Below, in pieces: positions 47,562 through 55,919 of a stretch of 56,073 bases of DNA. Within the stretch, counting starts at the first letter, position 1; each line of letters begins with the position of its first letter. Made by a program: the position numbers and the translations under genes. The DNA is taken from the NCBI GenBank assembly GCA_964631995.1, contig CAZWAU010000057.1:1-56073 (forward strand), given 5' to 3'. This stretch comes from an uncultured Nitrososphaerota archaeon. GTDB taxonomy: Archaea > Thermoproteota > EX4484-205 > DTQO01. The notes under the pieces are model-generated. The model was given only the letters and a program-made list of their open reading frames with translations, did not search any database and was not told the DNA's origin.

Positions 47562-47990
47562 GGTGCTCTAAACATTTGACTTGACTTAAAATTAAGTTTT
47601 TTCCCTTTTTCAAAAAACGAGCTATAAGCATATTCCTCTTATTCATTTTTGGAGAATAATTTTTCCATAAAAATAGCGTATTGGATAAAACAGACATAAT
47701 CGCTTTTATAAAGAAAATCGCACCAAGAAATATATTTTGCATGTTCGGGGTCAACATTGTTAAGTTTTCCCATTATCTGAATTTGGTTCTATGATGTCAA
47801 GAAGTTATTACAGGTGACACACGATGACTTGTTGTTGTATAACTTAGCCTCTCCCTTCATCTTCCACAACATTATGCTTACTGTGTACTATCTTCAAAGG
47901 GCTTATCCATAGAGCACCTATAAGGTTGAATAATTAGGTTCTAAGGCTTTATTTTCATTTGTCTGGAAGAATAAAGAATATAGCGAATAG

Positions 47991-50213
47991 CTAGATCCCG
48001 ATCGATTTGATCTCTTTCTCAGGCGGATCCTCCTTAATCTCCAGATCGAAGTGAGCAGCCTTCCTTGTTTTTATTCCGAACTCACGCCTCGAGAAACCCA
48101 AAGTAGAGAGGATGGTCTCTGTAGCGTTCATGAGAAGCTCCCTGTACTTCTCCTTGTCGTATTTCCTCCCATCGTGCGTTTCAATGGGAGATACTCGACA
48201 CAGTGGGTTGCGATTTTTCGAATCGATGTGGACAAACTCCACCACATCCCCCTCCTTGACCTCCTTCCCTTTTTCAGCCAGTCTTTTCGCGGCAGAGACG
48301 TGAGCGATCGCCCTAGCATATGTTGAGAGGGGCCTCCTGAGGACCTTGGAGACCGCCAGATCCCTTACCTGGACCTTGCCCTCCATCACCTTCCTTACCG
48401 ATTCGATGACGAGTTCCCTTGCCCTCTCGTATCCTTCATTCTTTACTCGCTCATATCCATCTTGATTCAGAAGGGTCAGTATCAGCTTGCGTTGAAACTC
48501 CATTATGAACCTTGGAGTATCATGGCGCCTCATCTCTATACCCCTTGCCACCAGCTCGCCGTTCGTAAGAACCCCGAAGTAGTGCTTCTGCGCCTCCATG
48601 TTGCCAGATGGATCCGATTCCAAAGGAAGGAGGACCAGGAACTTGTAGTGGTGGTCTAGCGCTATTGGAAGCCCTGTTCTCCTTGCGATCTCCGAGGCCA
48701 GTTCTTCGTAATCCTCCTTTGAGGCCCCTTTCCTCTTCACGAAGATTGAGTCCGTATCGCCATACACGACCTCGAACTCCATCTCCTGCGAGCAGTCCTT
48801 CGCCAACATCATGGCCTCCCTCGAGCGCCTGTTTATCTCCTCGAAGCACAGCACGTTTCCGAACCTGTTCCAGCAGCAGCCCGATGTACCATAGAGGCAT
48901 ACGAGTATCGATTTGAGCGCCTGCTGCCTCTGCTCGCACAATAGCCATTCGGTGCTTTTTTCAGGATACTTTTTCTTGAGCGCCTTGAAGTAGAGTCTCC
49001 TTTCCAGAAAATTCCTGGTAACGTAAGGCAGTATGGCATCTCCCTTCGGCTTGATCCCTTCTGGAGTAACGGTCTCGTAGCTCAGGTTATGCTTGACGAT
49101 TAGGTTAGGGTACTGGCTCTCAAAGTCAAGCTCTGCGACATTCTCGTGAACTATGCCTATCTTCGGCGATATGATGCAGCCTCCTCTGTCTCTTGCCACC
49201 ACCTCCTTCATCGTCCTGACATACTCGTAACGTCCCTCGTTCCTAGGTATCACGTACCCCCTCTTCATGAGTTCGTAGCAGTTCCTGCTGTCTATGACCT
49301 TGTTGGCAGTCCACCTGCCAGCTATGCCTGGCGGAAGGAAGCCGAACCTCGCCCTCTCGACCAAACCAGCGAGGCCCCAGTCTTCGTAATCAAGGCCAGG
49401 CATCCTGTAGCTGAGTGCTACCCTTCCCTTAGCCCAGCACGGGAGCTTTCTACCAAAGCCAGGGTCGCTCGTTGCATCCCTTCCAAGCTGAAAATTGATT
49501 CCAGCCACCCTTGCCCTCGCAAAGAGGTAGGGGAACGAGAAATCATCGCACTCGGGGCAGACCATGATGTCTGGGTCCTTCTCCCTTACCAGCGATTGGA
49601 AATCCTCCAGTATCTTCGACTCCTCTCCATCAAGTTTGAATTCCTCTCCACCGTAACGTGCGGTTATCGATTTTATGGGGTCGCGCTCAGCCCTTTGAGT
49701 CAGGAATGAACCGCTAAAATTGATGCTGAAAGAAAGTACGGTGAATGGTGGCGGAGCTATCTCGCTTGAATCGTCTAAAGGCTTTGCTGATATTAACTTG
49801 TTCCCTTCGTGTTCGACCTCGACCTTGCTTGTTGGAGCAACGTCGAGCTTGGTGAAGAGATACTGCTGGATGTGGAGAAGGTCTGTGTTATAGACTCCTT
49901 TTACTCCAGGAACGTTCTCGATAGTCCTGAGGATTCGCCTGTAACACTCGAGCCCATCTAGAGTGATGCTTATCACATTCTCCTTCTCCCCTTCGAGGTT
50001 GACGTACTTCTCTTCCAAGTATGCGCTAGTTACGTTCGAGCTGCCCATAACTGCATTAAGCACATCATTCTCGCACCCAGCCTTTGGCAGAACACAGAGG
50101 CGCGGATAGTATTCATCGAGGAGCCTGAGGTGCAAGCCGTCGATGGTTCGCAGCCAGGTGACGGCCTTCTCGCCCTCTATGTAAACGTCTAGGACCCAGC
50201 CTGTGCTCTTCAA
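47991..50213 (-). CDS. family B DNA polymerase with degenerate 3'-5' exonuclease motifs (PolB2-like)
   Basis: Motif A is LDFESQYPNLI, motif B KSILVCLYG, motif C VVYGDTDSIFV and KxY is QKHYFG. Exo I reads LSFSINF and Exo II reads DDFSFPYL. The TTG start overlaps the upstream TGA. Confidence 0.9.
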   Translation of the reverse strand: MKSTGWVLDVYIEGEKAVTWLRTIDGLHLRLLDEYYPRLCVLPKAGCENDVLNAVMGSSNVTSAYLEEKYVNLEGEKENVISITLDGLECYRRILRTIENVPGVKGVYNTDLLHIQQYLFTKLDVAPTSKVEVEHEGNKLISAKPLDDSSEIAPPPFTVLSFSINFSGSFLTQRAERDPIKSITARYGGEEFKLDGEESKILEDFQSLVREKDPDIMVCPECDDFSFPYLFARARVAGINFQLGRDATSDPGFGRKLPCWAKGRVALSYRMPGLDYEDWGLAGLVERARFGFLPPGIAGRWTANKVIDSRNCYELMKRGYVIPRNEGRYEYVRTMKEVVARDRGGCIISPKIGIVHENVAELDFESQYPNLIVKHNLSYETVTPEGIKPKGDAILPYVTRNFLERRLYFKALKKKYPEKSTEWLLCEQRQQALKSILVCLYGTSGCCWNRFGNVLCFEEINRRSREAMMLAKDCSQEMEFEVVYGDTDSIFVKRKGASKEDYEELASEIARRTGLPIALDHHYKFLVLLPLESDPSGNMEAQKHYFGVLTNGELVARGIEMRRHDTPRFIMEFQRKLILTLLNQDGYERVKNEGYERARELVIESVRKVMEGKVQVRDLAVSKVLRRPLSTYARAIAHVSAAKRLAEKGKEVKEGDVVEFVHIDSKNRNPLCRVSPIETHDGRKYDKEKYRELLMNATETILSTLGFSRREFGIKTRKAAHFDLEIKEDPPEKEIKSIGI

Positions 50214-51322
50214 CGATCCTCCCTTTCGATCCGCCTCTCTTGTCTTCCAGCCTCCGCGAGCCTCTCCAACATCTCTACGCGATCCTCCAACTCGCGAATT
50301 TTTTCTTCCTTCTCCCTAAGCGCCTTTCGCAATTCTTCTACACACTTCTTGTTGTGCACGTTTGCCATCAAATTCATGGCATCCAAAGTTACCGGCACCG
50401 TCGAGTTGGACATCGCGTGCCCCTCGGCGCTCCAAGCCTCCTTGAGAAGAAGGTTGAAAGCTTCTCTGTGGTTGAGGTCTAGGAGGGCGTTCTGGAAGCT
50501 CTTCTTCAGCTCTTCTACCTGGGACTCGAAGAGCTGGCGGAATGAGGGGGTTATCCTTCCCATCAGGCTTACACCTCCTTCTGGTACGCGCAAAATGATC
50601 GAGTCTGGCGTTTCCTTGTATGGGTGCTTGACCAGGCAGGCCCTGATCGCCCTCATCTTCTCCACCCTCTTCAGGCACACGATGATGTTTGCACGGTGCC
50701 TGAGAAAAGCACCTCTCGGGAGTCTTGGCACGTATCCGATGCTTGTTCTTGAGGCTACACAGTTTGCAACTATCGTGACTCCGTTCTCATGGGCTGCCCG
50801 CCACATTGTGCTGACAACCTCCTTCAGGGTTTGGTACGCTTCAGCTGGCTTCCTTGACGTTCCTACAAATACTGTGAGGTTGTGGAGAGCGAGCAGCTTG
50901 ATCTCGCCGCTCCTAGATATCAGATCCGCCGCCTCTTTTGCAGCAGAGAACTGTTGCCGTTCATTGAAGGCGCTGATCGAGTATATGTTGCCAAGCGCTA
51001 TGTTGGGATCTAGCCCAGCCTTCTTCGCGAACTCCCCGAACATCGAAGGGTTCAGTATCGTCTTGCCCTGGTGGTAGTTGCAGCTGTTGAAGTACAGCGC
51101 TTTGGCCCCGAAGCCACCTTTTCCTGCGGGGAGAAGAGAATTGACTAGGATTCCGTGGACGATCCTGTCCAATGCCTCCTGGCTGTCTCCATAGAAGAGA
51201 TAAGACCCTCCAAGCTTCACCCCACCCATCAGGGAATCTAGATCACCGTTCCCAGTCGTAAGCATGGGCCTTTTACCCTCCTCCTCCAGCGCTTGAGCCG
51301 CTGTCTCGAAGACTATCGCCAT
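50210..51322 (-). CDS. RadA/RecA-fold paralogue with degenerate Walker A/B and C-terminal coiled coil
   Basis: It is collinear with the RadA core (TTGNGDLDSLMGGVKLGGSYLFYG..). The P-loop is replaced by GDSQEALD, and Walker B reads KLLALHN. The C-terminus is EELRKALREKEEKIRELEDRVEMLERLAEAG. ATG 51322 follows the orf132 stop by 2 nt. The track ORF extends to 51376. Confidence 0.75.
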   Translation of the reverse strand: MAIVFETAAQALEEEGKRPMLTTGNGDLDSLMGGVKLGGSYLFYGDSQEALDRIVHGILVNSLLPAGKGGFGAKALYFNSCNYHQGKTILNPSMFGEFAKKAGLDPNIALGNIYSISAFNERQQFSAAKEAADLISRSGEIKLLALHNLTVFVGTSRKPAEAYQTLKEVVSTMWRAAHENGVTIVANCVASRTSIGYVPRLPRGAFLRHRANIIVCLKRVEKMRAIRACLVKHPYKETPDSIILRVPEGGVSLMGRITPSFRQLFESQVEELKKSFQNALLDLNHREAFNLLLKEAWSAEGHAMSNSTVPVTLDAMNLMANVHNKKCVEELRKALREKEEKIRELEDRVEMLERLAEAGRQERRIEREDR

Positions 51323-51324
51323 GT

Positions 51325-51723
51325 TCAACCCGCTGCCCAACTTCGATGTCGGACAGGAAGAAGTAAGGTTGGCCATTCTTCCAACAGGGCCGAACCCCTG
51401 ATGCTCACTCCGAGCAGTCTTTCTCGGATATAGTGCAGCATTATGGAGCGCTGGACATCTATCAATCGATTACCTTCATCGAGTGGCTCCAGCTCCGTTT
51501 CCCTAACCTTGAAAGCGCCATCCTCCAAGAGCGCATGCTTGGGTCCTATTTTGTTGCATGCTTCCCTGACCCCTGATGAGATGGTCCTGGCGATCACTCC
51601 GACGTACTTCCTTGTTTGTAGGTCATCAAGATTCACGAGTTTGGTACTCCCTTCACCGCCTAGGCCGGGCATTTTCTCCGGTTTTGGAGGAACGTGATCT
51701 GCCCGAAGTAGCATTTTGCCCAC
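51325..51723 (-). CDS. hypothetical protein (132 aa) between radA and the RadA paralogue
   Basis: This ORF fits tightly, 6 nt after the radA stop and 2 nt before the next ATG. I recognise no motif. Confidence 0.5.
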   Translation of the reverse strand: MGKMLLRADHVPPKPEKMPGLGGEGSTKLVNLDDLQTRKYVGVIARTISSGVREACNKIGPKHALLEDGAFKVRETELEPLDEGNRLIDVQRSIMLHYIRERLLGVSIRGSALLEEWPTLLLPVRHRSWAAG

Positions 51724-51729
51724 CTAGAG

Positions 51730-52716
51730 TTATTCTCTGCTTCTCCTCGGGCTCTCCAGATCCTCGATCCCCTTCTCCGTTATCCTGAACCTCGCCTCGC
51801 TGTACGGGTGGTAGGGGCTGTCCACGATCGTTGCGATTCTCTCCTGTCCTGCCTTCTTCAAGTAGATCCTGTAAGTGCATGCATGTGCTATGACATTGCC
51901 GCCCGTCGGCTTTGTTGGATCTCCGAAGAATACATCGGGCTGGGTCTGGACTTGGTTGCTGACAACTACTGCAATGTTGTAGACCTCGGCCTGCCTTATC
52001 AGCCTGTGGATGATCGTGTTGAGTCTCTGCTGCCTCTCTGCAAGGGTCCCCCTGCCTATGAACTCTGCTCTATGAAGACTGATGATGCTGTCGACGATTA
52101 CGAGCTTCGCCTTGAACTTCTCCACGTACTTGCCCAACGTTTTGATTATAAGCTCGAGGTGGCTGCTGTTGTACACCTTGCAGATTACTATGTTTTGCAG
52201 TATCTCGTTGGAGTCCATTCCTCGAGATTCCGCTATCTGCTTTATCCTCTCTGGCCTGAATGTATTCTCGGTATCTATGTAGAGCGCGCTGCCTCCAAGG
52301 CCGCCTTTCCCTTGGGGAAGCTGGCAGGTGCAGCAGAGCGTATGGCATAGCTGCGTCTTGCCACTTCCGAAGTCCCCGTACACTTCAGTTATGGCTTGGG
52401 TTTCGATCCCTCCCTTCAGGAGCTCGTCCAAGCTCCTAGAGCCTGTGGTGCAGCGCATCATCGTTTTTCGCCTGCTCAGGACCTCTGCCGCTGTTACGAA
52501 ACTTCCCTCAAGTAGCCCGCTCCCCTCCAGCAGTTTTCTGGCAGAGAGAATGAGGGAGGCAGCGTTCACATCTTTTCCGCCGATGGCCTCTTGGAGTTCA
52601 TTCGGAAGGGCCGCGGCGAGATCGAGCACCGTCTCGATTGAGTTCTCGTTCAGTTTCTCCTTCGTCCTCGGGCCTATACCCGGAATCATCTCCAGGTCGA
52701 GTTCTTCTTCTACCAT
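51730..52716 (-). CDS. radA: DNA repair and recombination protein RadA
   Basis: It has an N-terminal HhH (IPGIGPRTKEKL), Walker A EVYGDFGSGKTQLCHTL and Walker B KLVIVDSI, plus SNQVQTQPD. Confidence 0.95.
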   Translation of the reverse strand: MVEEELDLEMIPGIGPRTKEKLNENSIETVLDLAAALPNELQEAIGGKDVNAASLILSARKLLEGSGLLEGSFVTAAEVLSRRKTMMRCTTGSRSLDELLKGGIETQAITEVYGDFGSGKTQLCHTLCCTCQLPQGKGGLGGSALYIDTENTFRPERIKQIAESRGMDSNEILQNIVICKVYNSSHLELIIKTLGKYVEKFKAKLVIVDSIISLHRAEFIGRGTLAERQQRLNTIIHRLIRQAEVYNIAVVVSNQVQTQPDVFFGDPTKPTGGNVIAHACTYRIYLKKAGQERIATIVDSPYHPYSEARFRITEKGIEDLESPRRSRE

Positions 52717-52764
52717 GTTTGCTCATGCCAACATGTGAGCTTCTTTTCTTTAGTTAATATTCGA

Positions 52765-52790
52765 CCACGCACGTGGAGGAAGAGGGGGGT
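52765..52790 (+). promoter_or_regulatory. ORB-like element: dyad CCACG-CA-CGTGG followed by G-string GGGGGG
   Basis: The sequence is CCACGCACGTGGAGGAAGAGGGGGGT. The dyad plus G-tract layout resembles archaeal origin recognition boxes. It lies at the edge of an AT-rich spacer. Confidence 0.3.
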
Positions 52791-53105
52791 ATCCGTGCCA
52801 TCCCTGAAAAATTCATCCATCTAAAATATCTCAATCAAATGGCTAGATCGATTGTGTTAACAAAAGATTCTGTTTCGATATATCTGAACAAGATATTTCT
52901 ATGCTCTCTCACCAGAAGTTTCAATTCGTATACTCTGTCTTGGATTTAGCACATAAGATAATAGAATGGTATTCTGATCGTGAAGTGGGAATCGTTTATA
53001 CTAGAAAAGGTCCATCAAAAGTTGTGAGGAATGTCTATGGCAATGTCATCTTTTAGATTTGGATAACGGTTGAACCCAAAACCCGCTACGGTAACGCGAG
53101 CTTAT

Positions 53106-53124
53106 ATCCCCCAACTGCATGCAT
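53106..53124 (-). promoter_or_regulatory. second dyad + G-tract element, inverted orientation
   Basis: The minus strand reads TGCATGCAGTTGGGGGA. It is inverted relative to 52765-52790, but the dyad sequence differs. Confidence 0.2.
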
Positions 53125-53139
53125 ATCGCCGGATAGACA

Positions 53140-53493
53140 TTGGCGTCTATTAAAGAGGCACCTGTGAAGGCCATTAGGGAATGGAAGGTCATCGCGAGAG
53201 ATGGCCGATCATGGGCATGCGGGATCTATGCTCCGAAAAACCGTTCAGTTGAGGACGTGAAATTCCTCGAAAAGCACGATTGCCCTGAACTCTTCTATCT
53301 TCTCACAGGATCTGTAAAGCTTGTCGTGATGAGGCACGGTCGGAAGGAGGTAATTCCTCTAACTAGGAAAAAGGCGATCGTTGTCAACACCTGGCACAAT
53401 GGCTTCAGTGATGGTAGGAAGAGGGGAATGGCACTCGTAATAGAGAGAGGTAAAGTCTCCACGCAATACATGAAGCTTGAAAAGAAGTGCTGA
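53140..53493 (+). CDS. small cupin-like hypothetical protein
   Basis: It has a TTG start with CTTATATCC at 53101-53109. HDCPELFYLLTGSVKLVV resembles a cupin motif. Confidence 0.4.
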   Translation: MASIKEAPVKAIREWKVIARDGRSWACGIYAPKNRSVEDVKFLEKHDCPELFYLLTGSVKLVVMRHGRKEVIPLTRKKAIVVNTWHNGFSDGRKRGMALVIERGKVSTQYMKLEKKC

Positions 53494-53600
53494 TACGACT
53501 CTTTAGGAACCAGGAAGCAGCCACCCTTCGTTCAGTAGACCTAATTTTCGATTTTCATCAGATGAGCTGAATATAGGTTCTAGATACCTTGTCTGGAATT

Positions 53601-53609
53601 CTTATATAA
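53601..53609 (+). promoter_or_regulatory. TATA-box candidate CTTATATAA for cdc6
   Basis: It is centred about 28 nt upstream of the TTG start at 53633. Confidence 0.45.
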
Positions 53610-53632
53610 TCAAACATAACGATTCAAAGGAG

Positions 53633-54775
53633 TTGACCGTATTCTCAGATAGGAGCAAGCTTTCACCCCGCTACATCCCAAGGATTCTTCCACACCGGGA
53701 GAAGCAGATCGGCAGTCTCTCAAGGATATTCGACCTTCAAGATGTCTCAAAAGGATACCTGACTCCAGTCCAATTGGTTGGAGATGTAGGAACTGGTAAG
53801 ACCTGCACAGCAATCCGATTCGTGGAGCAACTGGTCCAAAGGATGAAGGAGAAGAGAACAAACCTCAAGCACGCGTATATCAACCTCAAGCTCCAGGGAG
53901 GGAGCAGAGTTGTACTCTACAGATATTTGGTTGAGAAGGCAGCTCCGGAAGCTTATTCAGGAAGCATGAGTGCTGAGGAATTGATTCGTGGACTCATAAA
54001 TAATCTTCTGAAAACGAAGACATATCTCTTGATCACCGTTGACGAGATAGATTATTTTATCAAGCATACGAAGGAGCACTTGATCTACGACCTTACAAGG
54101 TTGAACGAACTTAGCCCTGGGGAGGCTTGCGGCGTTTTGGGAGTGATCTTCATAGCAAGGGGTAAGGATTTTCACAGCTTTCTTGAGAGGTCCGAGATAA
54201 GCACGCTCGGAAGGAATACAGTGGATTTCCCGAATTATAGCGCGGAGCAGCTATACGACATAATTACGAAAAGGGCGGAAGAATCGATTAAGCCGGGGGC
54301 GATCTCAGAGGATGTAATTCGGTACATAGCCGACATCACAGCAAAACCACCAATCATGGGAGATGTGAGGCATGCGCTCGACCTTCTTCTATACTCTGGA
54401 AATTTAGCAGATAGCCAAGGCAGCGAGCAAATAGGATTGGAACATGTCAGGAGAGTTCACGGAGAGACCTACCACCTAATCACAAGGGAGGATCTACTGA
54501 ACCTGCCTGAGAAGGGAATGCATGTCCTGATGGCCTTAATCAATGCTTTAAGGGGGAAAGGGACCGCATATGTTTCTTTGAAGGAGATAAGGGAAGCTTA
54601 TCGGTTATTGTGCGAGGAATATAGCATCAAACCAACTTCGGAACTTGAGGAAACCCTGCAAGACCTTAAAGACAGAGGAGTTATAGAGGTTGCATCTCTT
54701 ACCAGAATTGGCATAATTGGTGCTTCTGCTGAACAACTTGGAAAGATGCTGGAAAACATCATGAGGCAGGAGTAA
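53633..54775 (+). CDS. cdc6: Orc1/Cdc6 replication initiator
   Basis: It has the N-terminal PRYIPRILPHREKQIGSL, Walker A GDVGTGKT, Walker B LITVDEIDY and a C-terminal winged helix. Confidence 0.95.
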   Translation: MTVFSDRSKLSPRYIPRILPHREKQIGSLSRIFDLQDVSKGYLTPVQLVGDVGTGKTCTAIRFVEQLVQRMKEKRTNLKHAYINLKLQGGSRVVLYRYLVEKAAPEAYSGSMSAEELIRGLINNLLKTKTYLLITVDEIDYFIKHTKEHLIYDLTRLNELSPGEACGVLGVIFIARGKDFHSFLERSEISTLGRNTVDFPNYSAEQLYDIITKRAEESIKPGAISEDVIRYIADITAKPPIMGDVRHALDLLLYSGNLADSQGSEQIGLEHVRRVHGETYHLITREDLLNLPEKGMHVLMALINALRGKGTAYVSLKEIREAYRLLCEEYSIKPTSELEETLQDLKDRGVIEVASLTRIGIIGASAEQLGKMLENIMRQE

Positions 54776-55202
54776 TAAACGCATAATAAAACATCCAAAG
54801 CTATTTAAAAGAGCGCCAGTAGAATGCATCGCCTTCAAGCTTGAAGCTCCATTTGAGTTCTAAGAGAAAGAAAATTGGTCTAGAACAGATGGTATAGCTG
54901 AGGATCTAGACATAGATGAAAAAGGACTGAAGGAGATAAGAAAGGAGCGAACATATTATTGCAGGTAGCAAGGCTTTCCATTTTACTATGTTCTTCTAAC
55001 CAAGATCGATATGGCATTCACATTGGCCAAGCTATGGTAAATTGGCAAAGCAGTTGGAAATGTCGCTGAAAGGTATCAAGAAGACGACAGGATTTTGTGC
55101 TTTAGGGTTGTGGATTTGGAAGCGGCCTCGAATTTTGCGCGGGGATTGTACTACCTGATTTAAGGCAAACCTTTGAAACTAGCCCGCGCGAAGGATTTGG
55201 CT

Positions 55203-55798
55203 TCATTCGTTTTCTTCTGAAAGAATAGATTCGATAAAAGCTGACTTGGATTCTGTATAGGCGGTGCGGTCGGAACGGTACTTGGCTGCAAGCTCTTTCT
55301 TCAACTCGTAGTACTTTCGAGCGATGTCTGGATTGGTCCGCAAATGTTCACGGAACAGAAGGTGTCTCTTCGAAAAACGCTCATATTCTTCATGAGATGC
55401 AGGTGGTATCCGACGCCACACGATTCTTTTCCGAGACAGTAGTACCAGTCAGGATTTCCTACTTGCACAGTAACATCTGTGTAACCGACGCCTTTCAGCA
55501 ATGGAACGCATACATCCGCATCAAAAATATTTTGGACACAAACCATTATATCTATGATGGGTTTGGCGCCCAATCCTGGAACCGAGGTGCTTCCGATATG
55601 CTCTATAGCCAATGCTTTGTTTCCTAAAGCTTCGATGATCTTAATTTTTTCCTTCTCGTAGAGAGTAGGCCACATAGGATCGTAATCGACGATTGTAACT
55701 GATCTAGCCAAATTTTGCTTATATCTGATTTCATCCGTATTAAGCTTTGTCCATCCCTTTTGTTTGACTCGATTCAAACTGAGTAATGGAGTTAACAA
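55203..55798 (-). pseudogene. GrpB family gene split by a frameshift
   Basis: ORF 55301..55798 carries the GrpB N-terminal/core (IVDYDPMWP .. IEHIGSTSVPGLGAKPIIDI .. GYHLHL). ORF 55203..55421 in another frame carries the GrpB C-terminus (HEEYERFSKRHLLFREHLRTNPDIARKYYELKKELA). The frames meet at about 55391-55399. Confidence 0.7.
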
Positions 55799-55919
55799 TT
55801 CAAAGATTCTTTATCTCATCGCATTACAAGATTCGATGCCAACTTCTTCTGAATTAAAAAAACCTTTTTCAGAACATGTATAGAGCTCTCACCCTCTATG
55901 TTCCAACGCTTACTCTACC

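Noticed and set aside
47562-47990. A very AT-rich 430-bp spacer between pncA and polB, considered as an origin or DUE. It also contains the 94 aa ORF 47473..47757.
   Set aside because: I found no dyad/G-tract or other repeated boxes. The ORF overlaps the pncA N-terminus out of frame. The region is more simply a promoter/terminator spacer.
54833-54846. A perfect 14-bp palindrome CTTCAAGCTTGAAG, 58 nt downstream of the cdc6 stop.
   Set aside because: It is a single occurrence, too short for a stable terminator hairpin, and has no flanking T-tract. I noted it only as a possible protein-binding site.
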